DNA from: Heteronotia binoei
Taxonomy: Eukaryota
NCBI RefSeq assembly: GCF_032191835.1
Contig: NC_083223.1
Span: 252,402,001 to 252,466,000 of the forward strand
Reading direction: 5' to 3'
Length of the DNA stretch: 64,000 bases
Positions within the stretch are counted from its first letter, which is position 1; each line of letters begins with the position of its first letter. The notes beneath the pieces are model-generated. The model searched no databases, had not been told where the DNA came from, and was given only the letters and a program-made list of their open reading frames with translations. The position numbers were made by a program, and so were the translations under genes. Below, one piece after another: positions 50,708 through 64,000 of this stretch.

Positions 50708-53437
50708 TTCCAGTCTGAAGTGTGACTGGTTGGGGTGGGAGAAACAGAGAAGTGCATGAAAGCAACAGCCAAATCCTGTTGTTGGTTCCCAGCACACAGG
50801 GTTTGTAGGTAGGGTGCTTCCAAACATGGAAGTTCTACTTATTCTCACAGTTCATAATTTGTGTCCACTATAAACTACTATCTTAATTCTTGATGGGCAT
50901 TCAATGAAGTTGGTGGGCAATAAATTCAGATTTGAGAAAAGAAAGCCCTTCACTCAAAGAGTTGTTAACTTCTGGGATTCACTGCCACAGGATGTGATAA
51001 GGGCCAGTGTTTGTTTGGCTTTTAAAAGAGGATTAGGCACATTCATGAAGAACAGGATCCATCAATGAGTATTAGTCTTGATGACTAAATGGTACCACCA
51101 TGTTCACAGGGAATACTCTGGATTCCAGTGTGTAGGAGGAGCAATAGGGGCAGGCTGTGGCCTCCATGCTGTGCTTGGAGGTTTTTCAGGGGGCTTATCT
51201 TGTTAATCACAGTGTGACGTGGGATGCTGGACTAAAGGACAATAATACTGCACCATATCCAAGGGTGAAATTCTATCAGCTCTTTTGCATATTAGGCCAC
51301 ACACCCGATGTAGCCAATCCTCCAAGAGCTTACAAAAAAGAGCCCTGTAAGCTCTTGGAGGATTGGCTACAACAGGGTGCGTGGCCTAATATGCAAAGGA
51401 GCTCCTGCTAGAATTTGACCCCTGACCATATCCATAAACAGCCCAACTTTCCCTGTTTTCAGTTCCTGTCCCTGGTAAGTCACTATCCCTATTTATTTTT
51501 CCTTATGGAGGTGTCTTGCTACATTTTTGTTGTCACCATCCTCTGATCTTCCTTCCTGGTACTGAGATTTTTTTGCCTCTGTATAGGGACGTTCCCTTTA
51601 TTCACACATTGAGTAGCCAGGGGTAGACCTTTCCTCCATGAATCTGTCTAACCCCTCTTTAAAAGCCATCTGTGCTTGTGGCTGACTCTATATCAATCTT
51701 TGGGCTCCTCTGAGGCATCTGACTGACCCCTGTTGGAAACAGGATACTGTCCTTGATTGACCCCTGGTATGAGCTAGCATTTCTGCTTTCAGGGTGTTAG
51801 GTCTATTTTGCTGGTTGCATAGGACAATAGGATTTTTCTAGTTTGCTATTAACTAGAAGATCAGGGTCACCGTCTTGGCTTTTAATTCAGCAGAGAGAGT
51901 GCTATTGCGTAGCACATGGATAAAGAGATCAGAGTACATTTCTTTAGCCAAGTGTGATGATGAACTAGAGCAGTGAATCTTGTGTGAAGAGGAGTGTTCT
52001 AAAACTGTCCTTTTATTTTCATCAGTAAAATGTTAAGATCTGGAAATAACATATTCCCACATAAGCAAATTCTTTATTTAAATAAATTACTCTAGCTCCC
52101 TTTCCCTCAAAAAACTCCCAAGGTAATAAGCTTGTTATTCCTAACCCAGCCTGGCCCTCTTTAGTAAGTAAGCAGATCTCTTTCATCCTCCAACCAGATC
52201 ATATTTTAGTTAGGTTTAGCAGTGCCAAAAGACTGTTCTGCCATGAGCCCAAAAATCATGTGATTCTTCTCCACAGATCCTTGCGCCATCCTCCCGCCTC
52301 TCCCTACCCCTCCCCAGTATCTCTTTTGGGAGCACTAAGTTCTTCCATATGTAAGCAAGTCAACACAAAATGATTAAAATAAAATGGCATACATTTTCTG
52401 GCTACAACACCAGAAAACCTGGCAAATCATTATGAAAACAATTTGTTAAAATTTTCTCTTTTTCCTCATCAGGAGGGATTCAAAAGTTGCACAAGCATCC
52501 TACTTGACTTCTGAGAATAGCTAGTAAATATAGTATTTGAAATTCAAAAGCTCCTTTATTATAGCCAAACTCTAGCTGCAATATCAAAACTGATGCTAGT
52601 TAGAAGCTAAAATCCAGTCCCCGCAAGAACTGAAGATCCAGCTTTTTCAGTGATTTTCCTTTCTCATTGGAAACTTAATGTACATATTTCAAGAGCTGTT
52701 AGAGAGTTTTAACTTTCCTAGATGGTTTTAACTTTCTTAAATTAGATTCACAACACTTTGTGTTTCTTAGCGACAGTGCTTTGTCTTCTACACAGCTTGA
52801 CTGGTGCAGGCTGCAGAAACTGCATCCTAGAAAGCGTTGTTTTCTTTTTTTGATTTTTAAAAAAGTTTCCTTCTGGTTTCGGAACTTGCAAACTGATACT
52901 TTCTGAAGTCTTACAAGACAGAGAGGACTTGTAGTGTTACAAATACTTCAGTAGAGTTCCTTTACCCTGTCCTTCGGTTCCAGAAGCAGACCCAATAATA
53001 TAAAAAAACCTAACACGTTTGCATTAATTCCAGTCATAGAATGTGTTTCTTTGTAAGGTTAGAATATTTTGTTATGAGCACAGGGTCCACCCAGTCCTGT
53101 ACATATTCAGGTTTGGTTTTTAAAAAATGGTAATTTCCAGGTGAATGTAGCCTCACAATGTCTGACTGGGAACCAAGTGGATTTTTCCATGGGAGAAATC
53201 ACCCATGTTGCTATGAAGGCAATGGTCTTTCATTCCTTGGCTGGAAAATGTCAATGCTCAGATATCTGGAAACAAACCGGCAGGGGTTCTGTGCAGCTGC
53301 TGTGAGACCCTGCGGAGACAGCAGCATTCCTTCGTCTTGGCCAACCAAGTTGTTTTGATGTGAGCTTCCTTATAGCCCCACAAAAGGGAGATGATGGATG
53401 TGTGTGTGATTAAAGGGATAACCAGCCAAGCAGCAAC

Positions 53438-56400
53438 TCAGTAGAGGTATGGAAAGATCCGGTAAGGGACTCGGCGGCAGTACTCCTGCCAGGCCAAGCC
53501 GTACTTCCTCAGGCACTGGTGCTCGTCCCTGGCTTCCCGGTGGACCAGAAGCATGGTAAAGTAGAGGACATAGAAATAAGGCAGGATGTGGGCGATGCCT
53601 GAGAAAGAGACAGGTGAACACTGAGACAGAAGATAGATTAACTGGCAGACCTCTACCATTATCCCAATAGAGCTACCCCAATTTAGTACACACGGTGAGA
53701 TACAAAATTTAATAATAATAATAATAATAATACATTGGATTTATATTCTGCCTTCCACTCTAGAGTCTCGGAGCGACTCACAATCTCCTTTATCTTCCCC
53801 ACAACACACCCCCTGTGAAGTAGGTGGGGCTGAGAGGGCTCTCACAGAAGCTGCCCTTTCAAGGACAACTGTTATGAAAGCTATGGCTGACCCAAGGCCA
53901 TTCCAGCAGCTGCAAGTGGAGAAGTGAGGAATCAAACCTGGTTCTCCCAGGTAAGAGTCCGTGCACTTAACCACTACACCAACTGGTTCTAAGGATGAAA
54001 ATCCTATATCTATGGAATGCTAAACTGCAACACCCCACAAAGTACATTTTATGAATACTTATAGAAATTTTTAAAAATACTCATAGGAACTATAACAATA
54101 GGTTGGATACAGAGTTAAATGGAAATTTCTGCTAACTCCTGCTTCCTGCTATAGACCCTCCCCCATCACATTGCTAAAGGTCCCCTATTTGCCAGGAGTG
54201 CATGTTTTGGAGATTTTGGGGGCTGGAGTGGGAGAAGAAGGGCAAGAAAGTTCCATTCTGCTGCTGGAAAATGTACGGTGAATCCAACCCAGGACTAAGA
54301 GTCCCTCTCTCCTTTTTGTTTTTCAAGCAAAGGGATTTATGCATTTGGTGTGCACATCTAGGTCAAAGGCCCAGTGTGAGCTGTCATAACAATAGGGTGG
54401 AGAACCAGGAAATTTGGCTACAGATAAGACATTCTCCTGAGATATATATATATGTGGTTTGGTTTGGAACAAGAGTAATGGGGAGCGGGAAAGACATCTC
54501 AACCCATTTTATTTATTTATTTATCCATCCCAACCCATTTTATTTATTTATTTTTGAGAGAGGTGTAGTGGCTAGACTGGGATTAGGATCTGGGAGGTTC
54601 AAATCCATACTTTGCTGTGGAAGCTTGCTGAGTGACCTTGGGTCACTTGCTCTCTCCCTCAGCTTAACCTAGCTCACAGGATAAAACGGAGGAGAATGGT
54701 TTAAGCTGCTTTGGATCCCTGTTGGGGAGAAAGATGGCATATAAATAAAATGAATAAATACAGAACAAAGTTTGAGTCCAGTGGCACCTTTAAAACCAAC
54801 AAAGTTTATTATGGATATAAGTTTTCCTGGGCGCGCACACTTCTTCAATGTGTGTGGACTTGAAAGCTTATATCCAGAACTAAATGTTGATCTTTAAGGT
54901 ACCTCTGGACTCAGACTTTGTTCTGCTGCTTCAAACCCACACAATTACTCAACTGAGTAAATAAATACATTTAGACATTCATACCTGGCTTTCAGTATAA
55001 TTACTAAGAAGGGACTCAAAGCAGCTTATCCTGTTGTTCCCCCCTCCTCCATGTTATGTTCAGAACAACAACCCTAAGAGTTGGGTTAGGATGGGAGTGC
55101 GTGACTAGCCCGAAGTCACCCAGCAAATGTCTGTGGCACAGTGGGTTTAAAACCTGGGTCTCCAGATCTCAGCGTAACCATTACACCACACCCATGATCC
55201 TGTTTTAGCAGCTTTCTAGAGGTTTGTGATTTCCACTTACCGCAGGGCAGGGACCAAGCAAAAGCCATGATGAGATCCCCCAAATAATTGGGATGCCGCA
55301 CAAATCCCCACCACCCTGACACCAGCAGACGCCGGCCAGTGGCTGTGGGGATGGTTTTGAGTCCTGGAATGGAAAAAAAAAAACATTGATTGTTAACACT
55401 TGCCAAATTTGTGTGGAGGGGTTCCACTGAAAATTCTGCAAGATGACAGATCCAACAGTCTCCCCAGACACAAAAGCAGGAATCCTTCAGATACCTTGCA
55501 CTACAGGAGACATCATCAAAAAAAAAATCTTGCATACCCACAATGGGATTCCTCCAGCTTGGCATTAAGCATATTATACATGCTAACATTTAGGTCCTTT
55601 CCCCACAAATCTTAAACTCAGATGTAGAGCATGTGCTTTATTTATATCCTAGTTTTCTCAGTGGGGAGCCAGAGTGACTTACAACATCATTCTCCCCTTT
55701 CCCCATTTTATCCTCACAACTTTAAGGTAGAGTTAGGCTGAAAGAGTATGACTGGTCAAGGGTCACCCAGTCAGCTTCCATGGAAGCAGGGATTTGAACC
55801 TGGATCTCCCAGATCCATCCCAGTCCAGCACTCTCAAACCTACAGTGCACATTGAATATAGAAAGTTCCAGTTTTGAACCTGGCATCTCCACTGAAAAAG
55901 GCTTGCAAGTACTAGGGCCCAGAAAGACCTGTCCCATATTTCTAATTAGCAAGCTTAGCTAAATAATGCAAATCGCGTTTTAAGGCACAGGAAAATGCCT
56001 ATCCACCAGCTGTCCTCCAAGCGGACTAACTACCAATCTAAAGACAATTGCCTTCATGTAAAAGATAAGCACGTCCCGTCCCTCTATTACATTCAATATA
56101 GTTTTATAAAAGTGCATGAGAAACAGACAAATTGCCTATTGTGGGATTATTATGCTGTGTTTGGTACAGCAGCTTCTGGCACACAATAAGCATAAAAGAG
56201 CAGTCAGAGTTACAAACCAGCTACTTTGGGGTCAGCGGGATTCCGTCGGAAAGTGTTCTTCTGGGAGTTAGCGCTGCGGAAGATAGAATAGCCAAGGCCT
56301 GCAGGAGGAAAGGGGTAAAGTGTGAACAGACAGATGAATGGGCAGAGAGAATGTGATCGAAGTAGAGGCTAAGGTAGCCCCAAGGAACACTTATTGGTAG

Positions 56401-59400
56401 TAGAAGGAGATCCATTTACCCAAAGGAAGACAAAGGCTGTGTGTTTTTTCCCACAGGCACAATTGCAAAAAAGGCTGTCATCTTGTATTTGCATACAATT
56501 TACAAGTATGAACGGTCATATAAAATACTTTTGTGTATAATGTTTTAGTGGGGGAGTCATTTGAAAATCAGGGTCATCTTCCTTTTGGAGCAATATGGTC
56601 CTATTAAAAGTACTTAAGCATACTGAAGCCTGCATACTTTGGCCAGGCCACTTGCTTGGCCGCACTCAGGTATTGTTATTCTGGGCCCTTTCTATTAAAG
56701 TCATCTTTACAAATCAAATCAAATCAAAATCTTCATTGTCCAACTTACCATTCAGCAGGATGATGCCTCCAGCTATAGGCAGGCTGAGTTTCTGCGGATG
56801 AGTGACCAGGAAATAGGACTGCAGACTGTACAGAAAGGGCACCCAAGCCAGGTCCCCATAAGCTAGCATGAAGCCGAAACCTTCATGAACTATGTCCATG
56901 GTGGTGAGGATGGCCTCCTTGAGAAAAGAAACAAGATGTGTTGAGGGCAACTGGAGTGGGCACTTTGCTTTACATACAGAAAGTCCCAGGTTCAATCCTG
57001 GACGTCTCCACTTAACAAAAGACCTCTGCCTGGGAGCTGATGCCAATCAGAGCAGACAACGTCAATCTTGATAGACCAACAGTCTGAATTGGTGTAAAGT
57101 ATCTTCATCTATTTGTTTGTTTCTGTTTTATCAAATTTATATCCTGCCCTTCACCTGAAGCAACACCTCTATACCATCTTGTCCTTCCTCCCCACTAAGG
57201 ATACCAGCCTCCAGAGATCCGGGTTACGGATCCTTTGCAGGGTGGGCTCTATGGCATTGTACCCCACTGAGGTCCTCCCCAGGCTCCACCCCCAAATCTC
57301 CAGGAGTTTCCCAACCTGAATCTGGCAACTTTATCCCCAACCCTTATTTTCATACACTCCGATTATCCCTATTTTCTAGCACTCATTGAGCTAGGAAAAA
57401 AAACCTAATAAAATCAGCTCTGTTTTCACTCCCAGGACATTCTGAAACTTGTGAGAGCAGAACCTAGGACTTCAAACTCTTTGTTCTCACAAAGATGAGG
57501 ATGGCAGAAATAACAACAAATGAACCCTCCCCAAACTTCCAGGACATCATGGATCTCTCCCTATGCTGAACTTACCTCATTCCAAAAGGCGTCCACTACA
57601 TAGAGAAGCTGGAAAGCATTCACAAGAATCATGGCCAAGGAAGGATTCCCCCTCAGCTCTGTCTCCTTCACCAACATACCCATGTTGATCAGGGCCTAAG
57701 AGAAAAGGGGGAAAGCTGCAATCACAAGATGCCTGTGGATCCATTTTTCTTCCATGATATCCCAGATTGCTATTCCTTTAACCCCATTCTCTTTATAGCA
57801 AATTTAAGTTAAGCAACTGCTTCCTCTCCTTGCAGTTTAGCAAGAATGCACTTCAGCACACTATAGAGTTGTTCAATTAACAACCACAGGTTTTAACAAA
57901 GAGGTGGTGTTTTTAATAGCTTCTAAGAAGTGGAGGTTTTTTTAAATCCCAAAGCTACACAATTTTCAGGTTTTGCACAGTAAAAACTAAGTGATGCATA
58001 CAAATGATCAACAGATGTTTTTGTTCTCCACAAATTGCCTATAGGGACTGACAGCCATCTTAAAACAGGCCTATTGGGGGCCAGAAATCTTTTTAACATC
58101 TTTCCAAACCTCCCGGCAGATCCAATACAACTCCACCCCTTCCTTGCTCTTCTTCCTTGCATCCGATATCAACTTTGTACTCCTACTAATCCACAATGCA
58201 TTTCCTCTGCGAGTCTCTACCTACATGCAACCTTCCTCGATATAGCAGTTCCTCAGGATGGTCAGGAACACTGCTCAGTTGGAGAGGCTTAAGCCTCCTC
58301 TCCCAACACTCGGCAGTCCTGAGCCACACACACCCGGGAATTAATTTCTGAGCATGGAGCTCACAGAACATGGCTGGTCAAAAGTCCTCAGGGGAGCAAC
58401 ATATGGACACGAAGACATGGCAACATGTGAACCTGCCCATAATTATATAAGCCCTCCAGCTTTCTCTTCCCACCACCTCCAGCACAAGGATGCCTACCCA
58501 TCCAAGGAGACCCGGGCGAAGCTCACAGAAAAACTTAAGGTCAAAGTTACCGATGCGTGGATTCAACTCGTGGCCTATGAAGAAGTCATAAATGGGGTTT
58601 CCTGTAAAGGGAAGAGGTCAGGGAAAACTGAGTATTAACAACACTTCAGTGCTTTTCCGACATAGCCCTCTTGGCAGTGTGTGTGTATGTGTATGTGTGC
58701 ACGCACGCGGGGGTGTTTTTGTCTCCATGGAATGAGAAAATGTGAGCAGAAGGGGTCCATTCTCAAAAACAAGATGGAGAACATTTCAGGCTCCCAGGAA
58801 AATCTGCTGTGGTCCTCAGTGTCTCTGTGTATCCAAAACTAAAGCAACCACACATACACGCATGCTTCAGAAGAGAGACTTCAATGTAAAGCTACAGAAC
58901 TGGAAATTCATTAAATTCAGGCCTGATGTTTAGCAGGGTCCCACGTGGCCTGGCCCCCTGACAGTATTTTGGGGTACTTCACCCCCATCCCAAGGCTGTG
59001 CACCTCATTTGTGATTAAAATGGGAGGGGCTTGCAGGAAAAGCCACTGCCCTTCCTGCAATTTAAAGGGCACACCAATCAGCTGATTGGCAGAATCTTTA
59101 AATCCTGCAGGCAAGAGAAGAAGAAGAAGATATTGGATTTATATCCTGCCCTCCACTCTGAAGAGTCTCAGAGCGGCTCACAATCTCCTTTATCTTCCTC
59201 CCCCACAACAGACACCCTGTGAGGTGGGTGGGGCTGGAGAGGGCTCTCACAGCAGCTGCCCTTTCAAGGACAACCTCTGCCAGAGCTATGGCTGACCCAA
59301 GGCCATTCCAGCAGGTGCAAGTGGAGGAGTGGGGAATCAAACCTGGTTCTCCCAGATAAGAGTCCGCACACTTAACCACTACACCAAACTGGCTCTCCAG

Positions 59401-62400
59401 AGGGATGGCCCCCAGCTTCTCCATCTTTCTGCACTCACCCCCATGGGCCCCTTTCCAGCAGCCCCTTCCCCTGTGCCCCTAGCTACAGGGCTGTTAAGTT
59501 CTCATGATTTTGGGCACAACAGAGATTGGTGATGTTTTTTTCCAAATAAAGTAAAGGTAGTCCCCTGTGCAAGCACCAATTGTCTCCAACTTTGGGATGA
59601 CGTTGCATCATGACGTTTTCATGGCAGATTTTTTACGGGATGGTTTGCTATTGCCTTCCCCAGTCACCTACACTTCCCCACCCCCAGCAAACTGGGTACT
59701 CATTTTACCAACCTCGGAAGGATGGAAGGCTGAGTCAATCTTCCTGGCTACCTGAACCCAGCTCTCATCGGGATCAAACTCAGGTCGTGAGCAGAGCTTG
59801 GACTACAATACTGCAGCTTACCACTCTGTACCACAGGACTCTTCTTTTCCAATTAGTTCTTAAGTTTTAAGACTGTAGAGCAATAAACCATTCAAGCAAG
59901 TCCTTCCCCACAAATTCCTTAATATATGGGCTTTAAAGTCCAAGGAGGCCTCCCTAACCTATTGGGTTTTATATGGGCAGTTCTGTCCCTTTGAACTGAC
60001 ACATGAGATGCCATGGAACCTAGAGCTCACCTGAATTCCCACCTGGAGCCAGCGCTGTCCCGGGGGCAAGGAGGGCTTTGAGATAAAGAAGGATGCTTAG
60101 TCCAAAAGCAAGAACAGATGCAGAGAAGGTGAGTTGTAGTAAATGGTCGTATATGTAACTGAGGCGCAACCCTGCAGCCATGCCGACTCCCACCAACAAT
60201 GCTGTGATCCACATGGCATGGATCCCTGCCAAGGGGAAAAAAGGGTTTAGGCAGAAACAGAACTAGCCTATTATTAATAGTCCAGTTAAGCAATATTAAC
60301 TGGACTATCCCCTGCTTGTAAGGATAAAATATAATATTATCATTTTGGGGCATTAAAGTGATATCTGGCTTCAAGTGACATATAGGCAAACAGAGCACAT
60401 CAAATGTCACATAGTCGCTGAGCCTCCTCCCCAAACTCTGCCCCCAAACCTCCAAGAATTTCCTGAGCTGGAGTTGGCAGAGCCCCTGTTTTCAGAGGAG
60501 AGGCAGGTAGCAACCAGAGGCAGGGCTCTTGCAGTAGTGGCACTTTGCTTCTGGAATGCTCTTCTCCTTGAAATTCACCTGGTGCCACTGTGGCTTTCTC
60601 TTAAACATCAGGCTGAAACCTTTCTGTTCAACTAGGGTTGCCAGCAATGTTCCCTTTAAGTTGTGGAGTCTTGTGAGCAAAACTTCTACTTTGTGAGCTA
60701 CTGGCATTAAAGTTGTGAGCTACTAGCATTAAAGTTGTGAGCTACTGCATGAACTAGTTTGCGCTAAGGCTATTTTTCCTGAGCTGAGACAAATATGTGT
60801 GAGCTGGAGGCTAAAAAATTGGGAGCTAGCTCACACTAACTCAGCTTAGAGGGAACACTGGTTGCCAGGTCTGTGCTGGAAAATACCTGGACTTTGGGGG
60901 TGGATCCAGGAGACAGCAGAGTTTGGGCTTCTAGTGTTCTGGCCCCGCTAGAGGACCTCCTGATGGCACCTGGTTTTTTGGCTACTGCGTGACAGACTGT
61001 TGGACTGGATGGGTCATTGGCCTGATCCAACATGGCTTCTCTTATGTTCTTATGGGAGGGGAGGGGCCTCAGCATGGTCCAATGCCATAGAGTCCACCCT
61101 CCAAAACAGCCATTTTCTCCAGGGGACAATAAACAGAGCAAATGGTAACACAGTTATCAGACAAGCAAGAAAAAGCAACTGAGCAACAAAATCAATAAAC
61201 AATATATTTATTTATTTTAGCAGATTTATATTCCGCCCTCCCCCATATGGGCTCAGGGTGGTATATGAAATCTCTTTCTCCTATGTTATGTTAAATCTCA
61301 TTTATATCCTTGCAAACACTTATACATATGTTACCCACTATACCTTTAATGAGGTAATTGTACAACACCTGTGGATTTCTTTAAAGGAAGGGGCGTGGTA
61401 TGCCCATGTTGAGCTTGTGCTATGGAATAAAGTTATGAGAGTTTTTTTTTTATTATTACAGGTAATTTACTGTTGCTTCTGGATATATAAATGCTTTTTC
61501 ATACAAAACATGTTATTATCTATGTATATGTTTGTTGTACTTTAAAACTTTGGGAAAAGTCAGCTTTCGAAAAAAAACAATGATATGCAAAATGTGGTTT
61601 ACCAGCTAGCAGACACGTAAAGGATAATTTACCTTTTAAGGCTTACTACTATTGGATGTGGACTCCCATTTACTATATTTGAATGAATATAGAACAGCTT
61701 GTGCCAACATTAAGTCTGTTTTTAGACAGTGAGCACTACCATTGATGGTTTGAAGATTAAGGGCGCAGTTGAGCCCCTCCTTAAGGATATATTTACCCAT
61801 TGAGGCTGACTTTGATTGGATGTGGACTCCGCTTACAGCATTTGGGAGAACAGGGCTTTTCTTTAGCAGGAATGCACAGGAATGCAGTTCTGGCTGGCTT
61901 GGCATCAGGGAGTGTGGCCTAATATGCAACTGAGTTCCTGCTGGGCTTTTTTTTCCCTACCCAAAAAGCCCTGTGGGAGACTATAGAGCATTTTGTGCCA
62001 ATATTAGGACTCAGGGCTTTTTTTTTGTAGAAAAAGCCCATCACAACTTATTTGCATATTAGGCCACACCCCCTGACATCACCATTGTTTCACACTGGGC
62101 TTTTTGTAGAAAAAGCCCAGCATGAACTCATTTGCATATTAGGTCACACCCCCATATGCCAAGCCAGCCGGAACTGTGTTCCTGCTCTAAAAAAGCCCTG
62201 CTGTTTTTAAAACACTGCTATTGCTGTTTGGAAGATTTAGGATTTAATGGAGCCACTCCTCTTTGTGGTATTTGGGTATCATATGTGTAATTTTATTTAT
62301 TTTGGTTAATTTATATTCTGCCCTTTCCCAGGCAGGCTCAGTTAATTGTATGTTTAAGCATTTGCAAAGATTTAGATATAAATGAGACTTAACATAGGAG

Positions 62401-64000
62401 AAAGAGATATATATTTTTAAAATTGATTTTGTTGCACAGTTGCTTTTTCTTGCTTGCTTGATTATCTCCAAGGGAGCTGATCTCTGCCAGCTGGAAATCG
62501 GTTATAAAACCAGGAGATCTCCAGGCCACACCTGGAGGCTGGCAACTCAAACTTTTAATTAAGTGGTTGCTCTTTAAAAATAATTCAATAGTTAGGTTTC
62601 AGACTGAAATTGTTAAATTCATTTTAAGTTGCTCAAAGGCTGGTGGTTAAAACAAAACACTTGCAAAACATTGCTCTAGTCAGTAGATAACATTTCCCTT
62701 CAGAACTGACCCCATCCCCGGGATCATGCAACTCATCTCACAGGTCTAAATGACCGCCATTAATTACCCACCATTAATACGGTAAGAGAGCCGGCTCTTG
62801 TCTCGAAGAACAGTCCCTTCTGTGACCTGTTTAAAAAAATATACAAGATGAAGCAAGATGAGCCAGCAGTATGGCCTATCTTGTAGAAGAAACATATCCC
62901 CCTTCCTTTCCACTCTCCTCCTCCCCAAAAAAAGACAATGTGGTCCACTTGCCAGAGGACTGATCTTAGAGCCCCCCAAAAGTGCCAGGTTCAAATGTTA
63001 CTTCCATCATGGCCTGTGTTGTATCCTTAGATAAGTTTTCACCACACACCCATGAACACATATTCAGACTGCAGTTGGGAATTAGCTTGTGTGTTTGTAT
63101 AGTGAGTGGAAAACAGGGATCTTTTATCTTGAAGAGTGGCTGAGAGCAGCAAGTTTTCATCAGGAAAAGGATGACAGAGACCTGATTAAAGATTTTAATC
63201 TCTTTATCAGGTCTACATCTGTTCAATATCTGTTAGTTCATAAGGTTTCTTACAGCATATACATACATGAAGTTTTCTTATTTCTTGTTGCAGGATTGTA
63301 CAGGCTGTGTTGCCTAGTGATATCCTATTTCTTAAAGTATTTAAGAAAACTTCATTTCTCATTTCTTGTGTGCAGATAATCTGGAGGACCCACAGACCTG
63401 AGTGCCGCTCATTTACTGAGGAGATAGTCATAGACCCAGAGAAGTCAGCCATGTTCATCTGTTGCTGCAAAACAGTAAAGACTCCACAGCACCTTCAAGA
63501 TGAACAAATAGTAAAGACTCCACAGCACCTTTAAGATGAACAAATTTTATCACAGGATAGGCTTTCGGGAAACACAGCTCTCTTTGTCATCCGATGAAGA
63601 GAGCTGTGTTTCTCAAAAGCTTATACTACAATAAAAATTGTTCATCTTAAAGATGCTACTGGACTGTTTATTATTTTCCAGGGGATAGTGACTCAGAGGG
63701 ACTTAGGGTTCAGTCCCTGACAGATTCCTTGATCAATCAATAGGCGTCGTGCTTTACAACAGAACGTTCAAGACACAGAGGTTTATTTATTAAAACACGT
63801 TCCTTGTGGTTCAAGGTGGCTTGCAGTACTAGTTAAAAACATTTTCAGTTGCAAAACAAAAATAATGTCTTCTTACCTTCCCCAGAGGCAGCATATACAG
63901 CAGAGCCTGCAGCCCAACCCAGGCTAAGACCAGCACAAAGTCCTGGGGGTTCCACAGGGAGCGGAGCGTGGGCAAAGGCAAAGGGAAGCTCAAGAAGCTG
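53438..64000 (-). CDS. TM7SF2: Delta(14)-sterol reductase TM7SF2 (exons 2-10; 5' end beyond window)
   Basis: Exons >64000-63877, 62826-62772, 60225-60031, 58601-58498, 57695-57576, 56917-56749, 56298-56218, 55363-55241, 53598-53438, phases consistent. ERG4/ERG24 motifs [83 protein letters not shown]. Convergent with ZNHIT2 as in human. Confidence 0.95.
54760..54930. repeat. Penelope-type palindromic repeat
   Basis: Arms GAACAAAGTTTGAGTCCAG / CTGGACTCAGACTTTGTTC with internal GAAAGCTTATATCC. Confidence 0.6.
59548..59841 (-). mobile_element. Sauria SINE
   Basis: Reverse complement of the same head, core and tail (AAAGGTAGTCCCCTGTGCAAGCACC...CTCGGAAGGATGGAAGGCTGAGTCAA). Confidence 0.85.
60645..60860. 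mobile_element. hAT MITE (CAATGTTCCCTCTAAG family)
   Basis: TIR as at 28814. Perfect 8-bp TSD GTTGCCAG. Inserted in the left TIR of an AGGGTTGCCA-family MITE that begins at ~60633. Confidence 0.85.
61127..62465. mobile_element. Decayed long-TIR (foldback) element, superfamily unassigned
   Basis: Arms ~61150-61355 and ~62238-62465 are diverged inverted repeats (CAAGCAAGAAAAAGCAACTG; TCTCTTTCTCCTATGTTA; CATATG(T/A)TACCCA). Flanked by CTCCAGGGGA / CTCCAAGGGA. Confidence 0.55.
61851..61973. mobile_element. hAT MITE (CAGGGCTTTT family; other copies 62012-62200, ~19850-19965, ~51290-51425)
   Basis: CAGGGCTTTT / AAAAAGCCCTG termini. TSD TGGGAGAA/TGGGAGAC. Internal GTGTGGCCTAATATGCA motif. Confidence 0.8.
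63445..63670. repeat. Penelope-type palindromic repeat with a 36-bp tandem duplication (63474-63545)
   Basis: Arms TTTAAGATGAACAAATTTTAT / ATAAAAATTGTTCATCTTAAA around GTCATCCGATGA. AGTAAAGACTCCACAGCACCTT(C/T)AAGATGAACAAAT x2. Confidence 0.7.

Noticed and set aside
53438-64000. LBR or DHCR7 as alternative identity of the sterol reductase
   Set aside because: Position convergent with ZNHIT2 next to FAU and the exon layout fit TM7SF2. The N-terminus is not visible, so this rests on synteny and exon structure.
63680-64000. LTR-like stretch at the right edge
   Set aside because: 63877-64000 is TM7SF2 exon 2 on the minus strand with a canonical donor; the remainder has no LTR termini.

Overview
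Vertebrate genomic DNA from a squamate reptile, probably a gecko, judged from the Sauria SINEs, BovB and a tRNA-headed SINE family typical of geckos. It is gene-dense and TE-rich. Left to right: a near-intact Ty3/Gypsy LTR retrotransposon (minus strand, 5' LTR plus tRNA-Ser PBS, runs off the left edge); complete KATNB1 (+, 19 coding exons, 657 aa, one GC-AG intron); complete MRPL49 (-, 4 exons, 177 aa); complete FAU (+, 133 aa, 5'TOP exon); intronless ZNHIT2 (+, 414 aa); and TM7SF2 (-, 9 of the expected 10 exons, 5' end beyond the window). Introns and spacers hold CR1, L2 and BovB fragments, SINEs, hAT and Harbinger-like MITEs, and Penelope-type palindromes. I found no clearly new biological system. 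The best second-look items are KATNB1 sitting where SYVN1 lies in the human cluster, decayed minimal-hammerhead cores in the Penelope-type palindromes, a nested TE stack with an unclassified long-TIR foldback element in TM7SF2 intron 3, a uORF whose stop overlaps the KATNB1 start, and a poly(A) signal fused to the MRPL49 stop codon. All exon coordinates were read by hand, and family names are by recognition, not database search.
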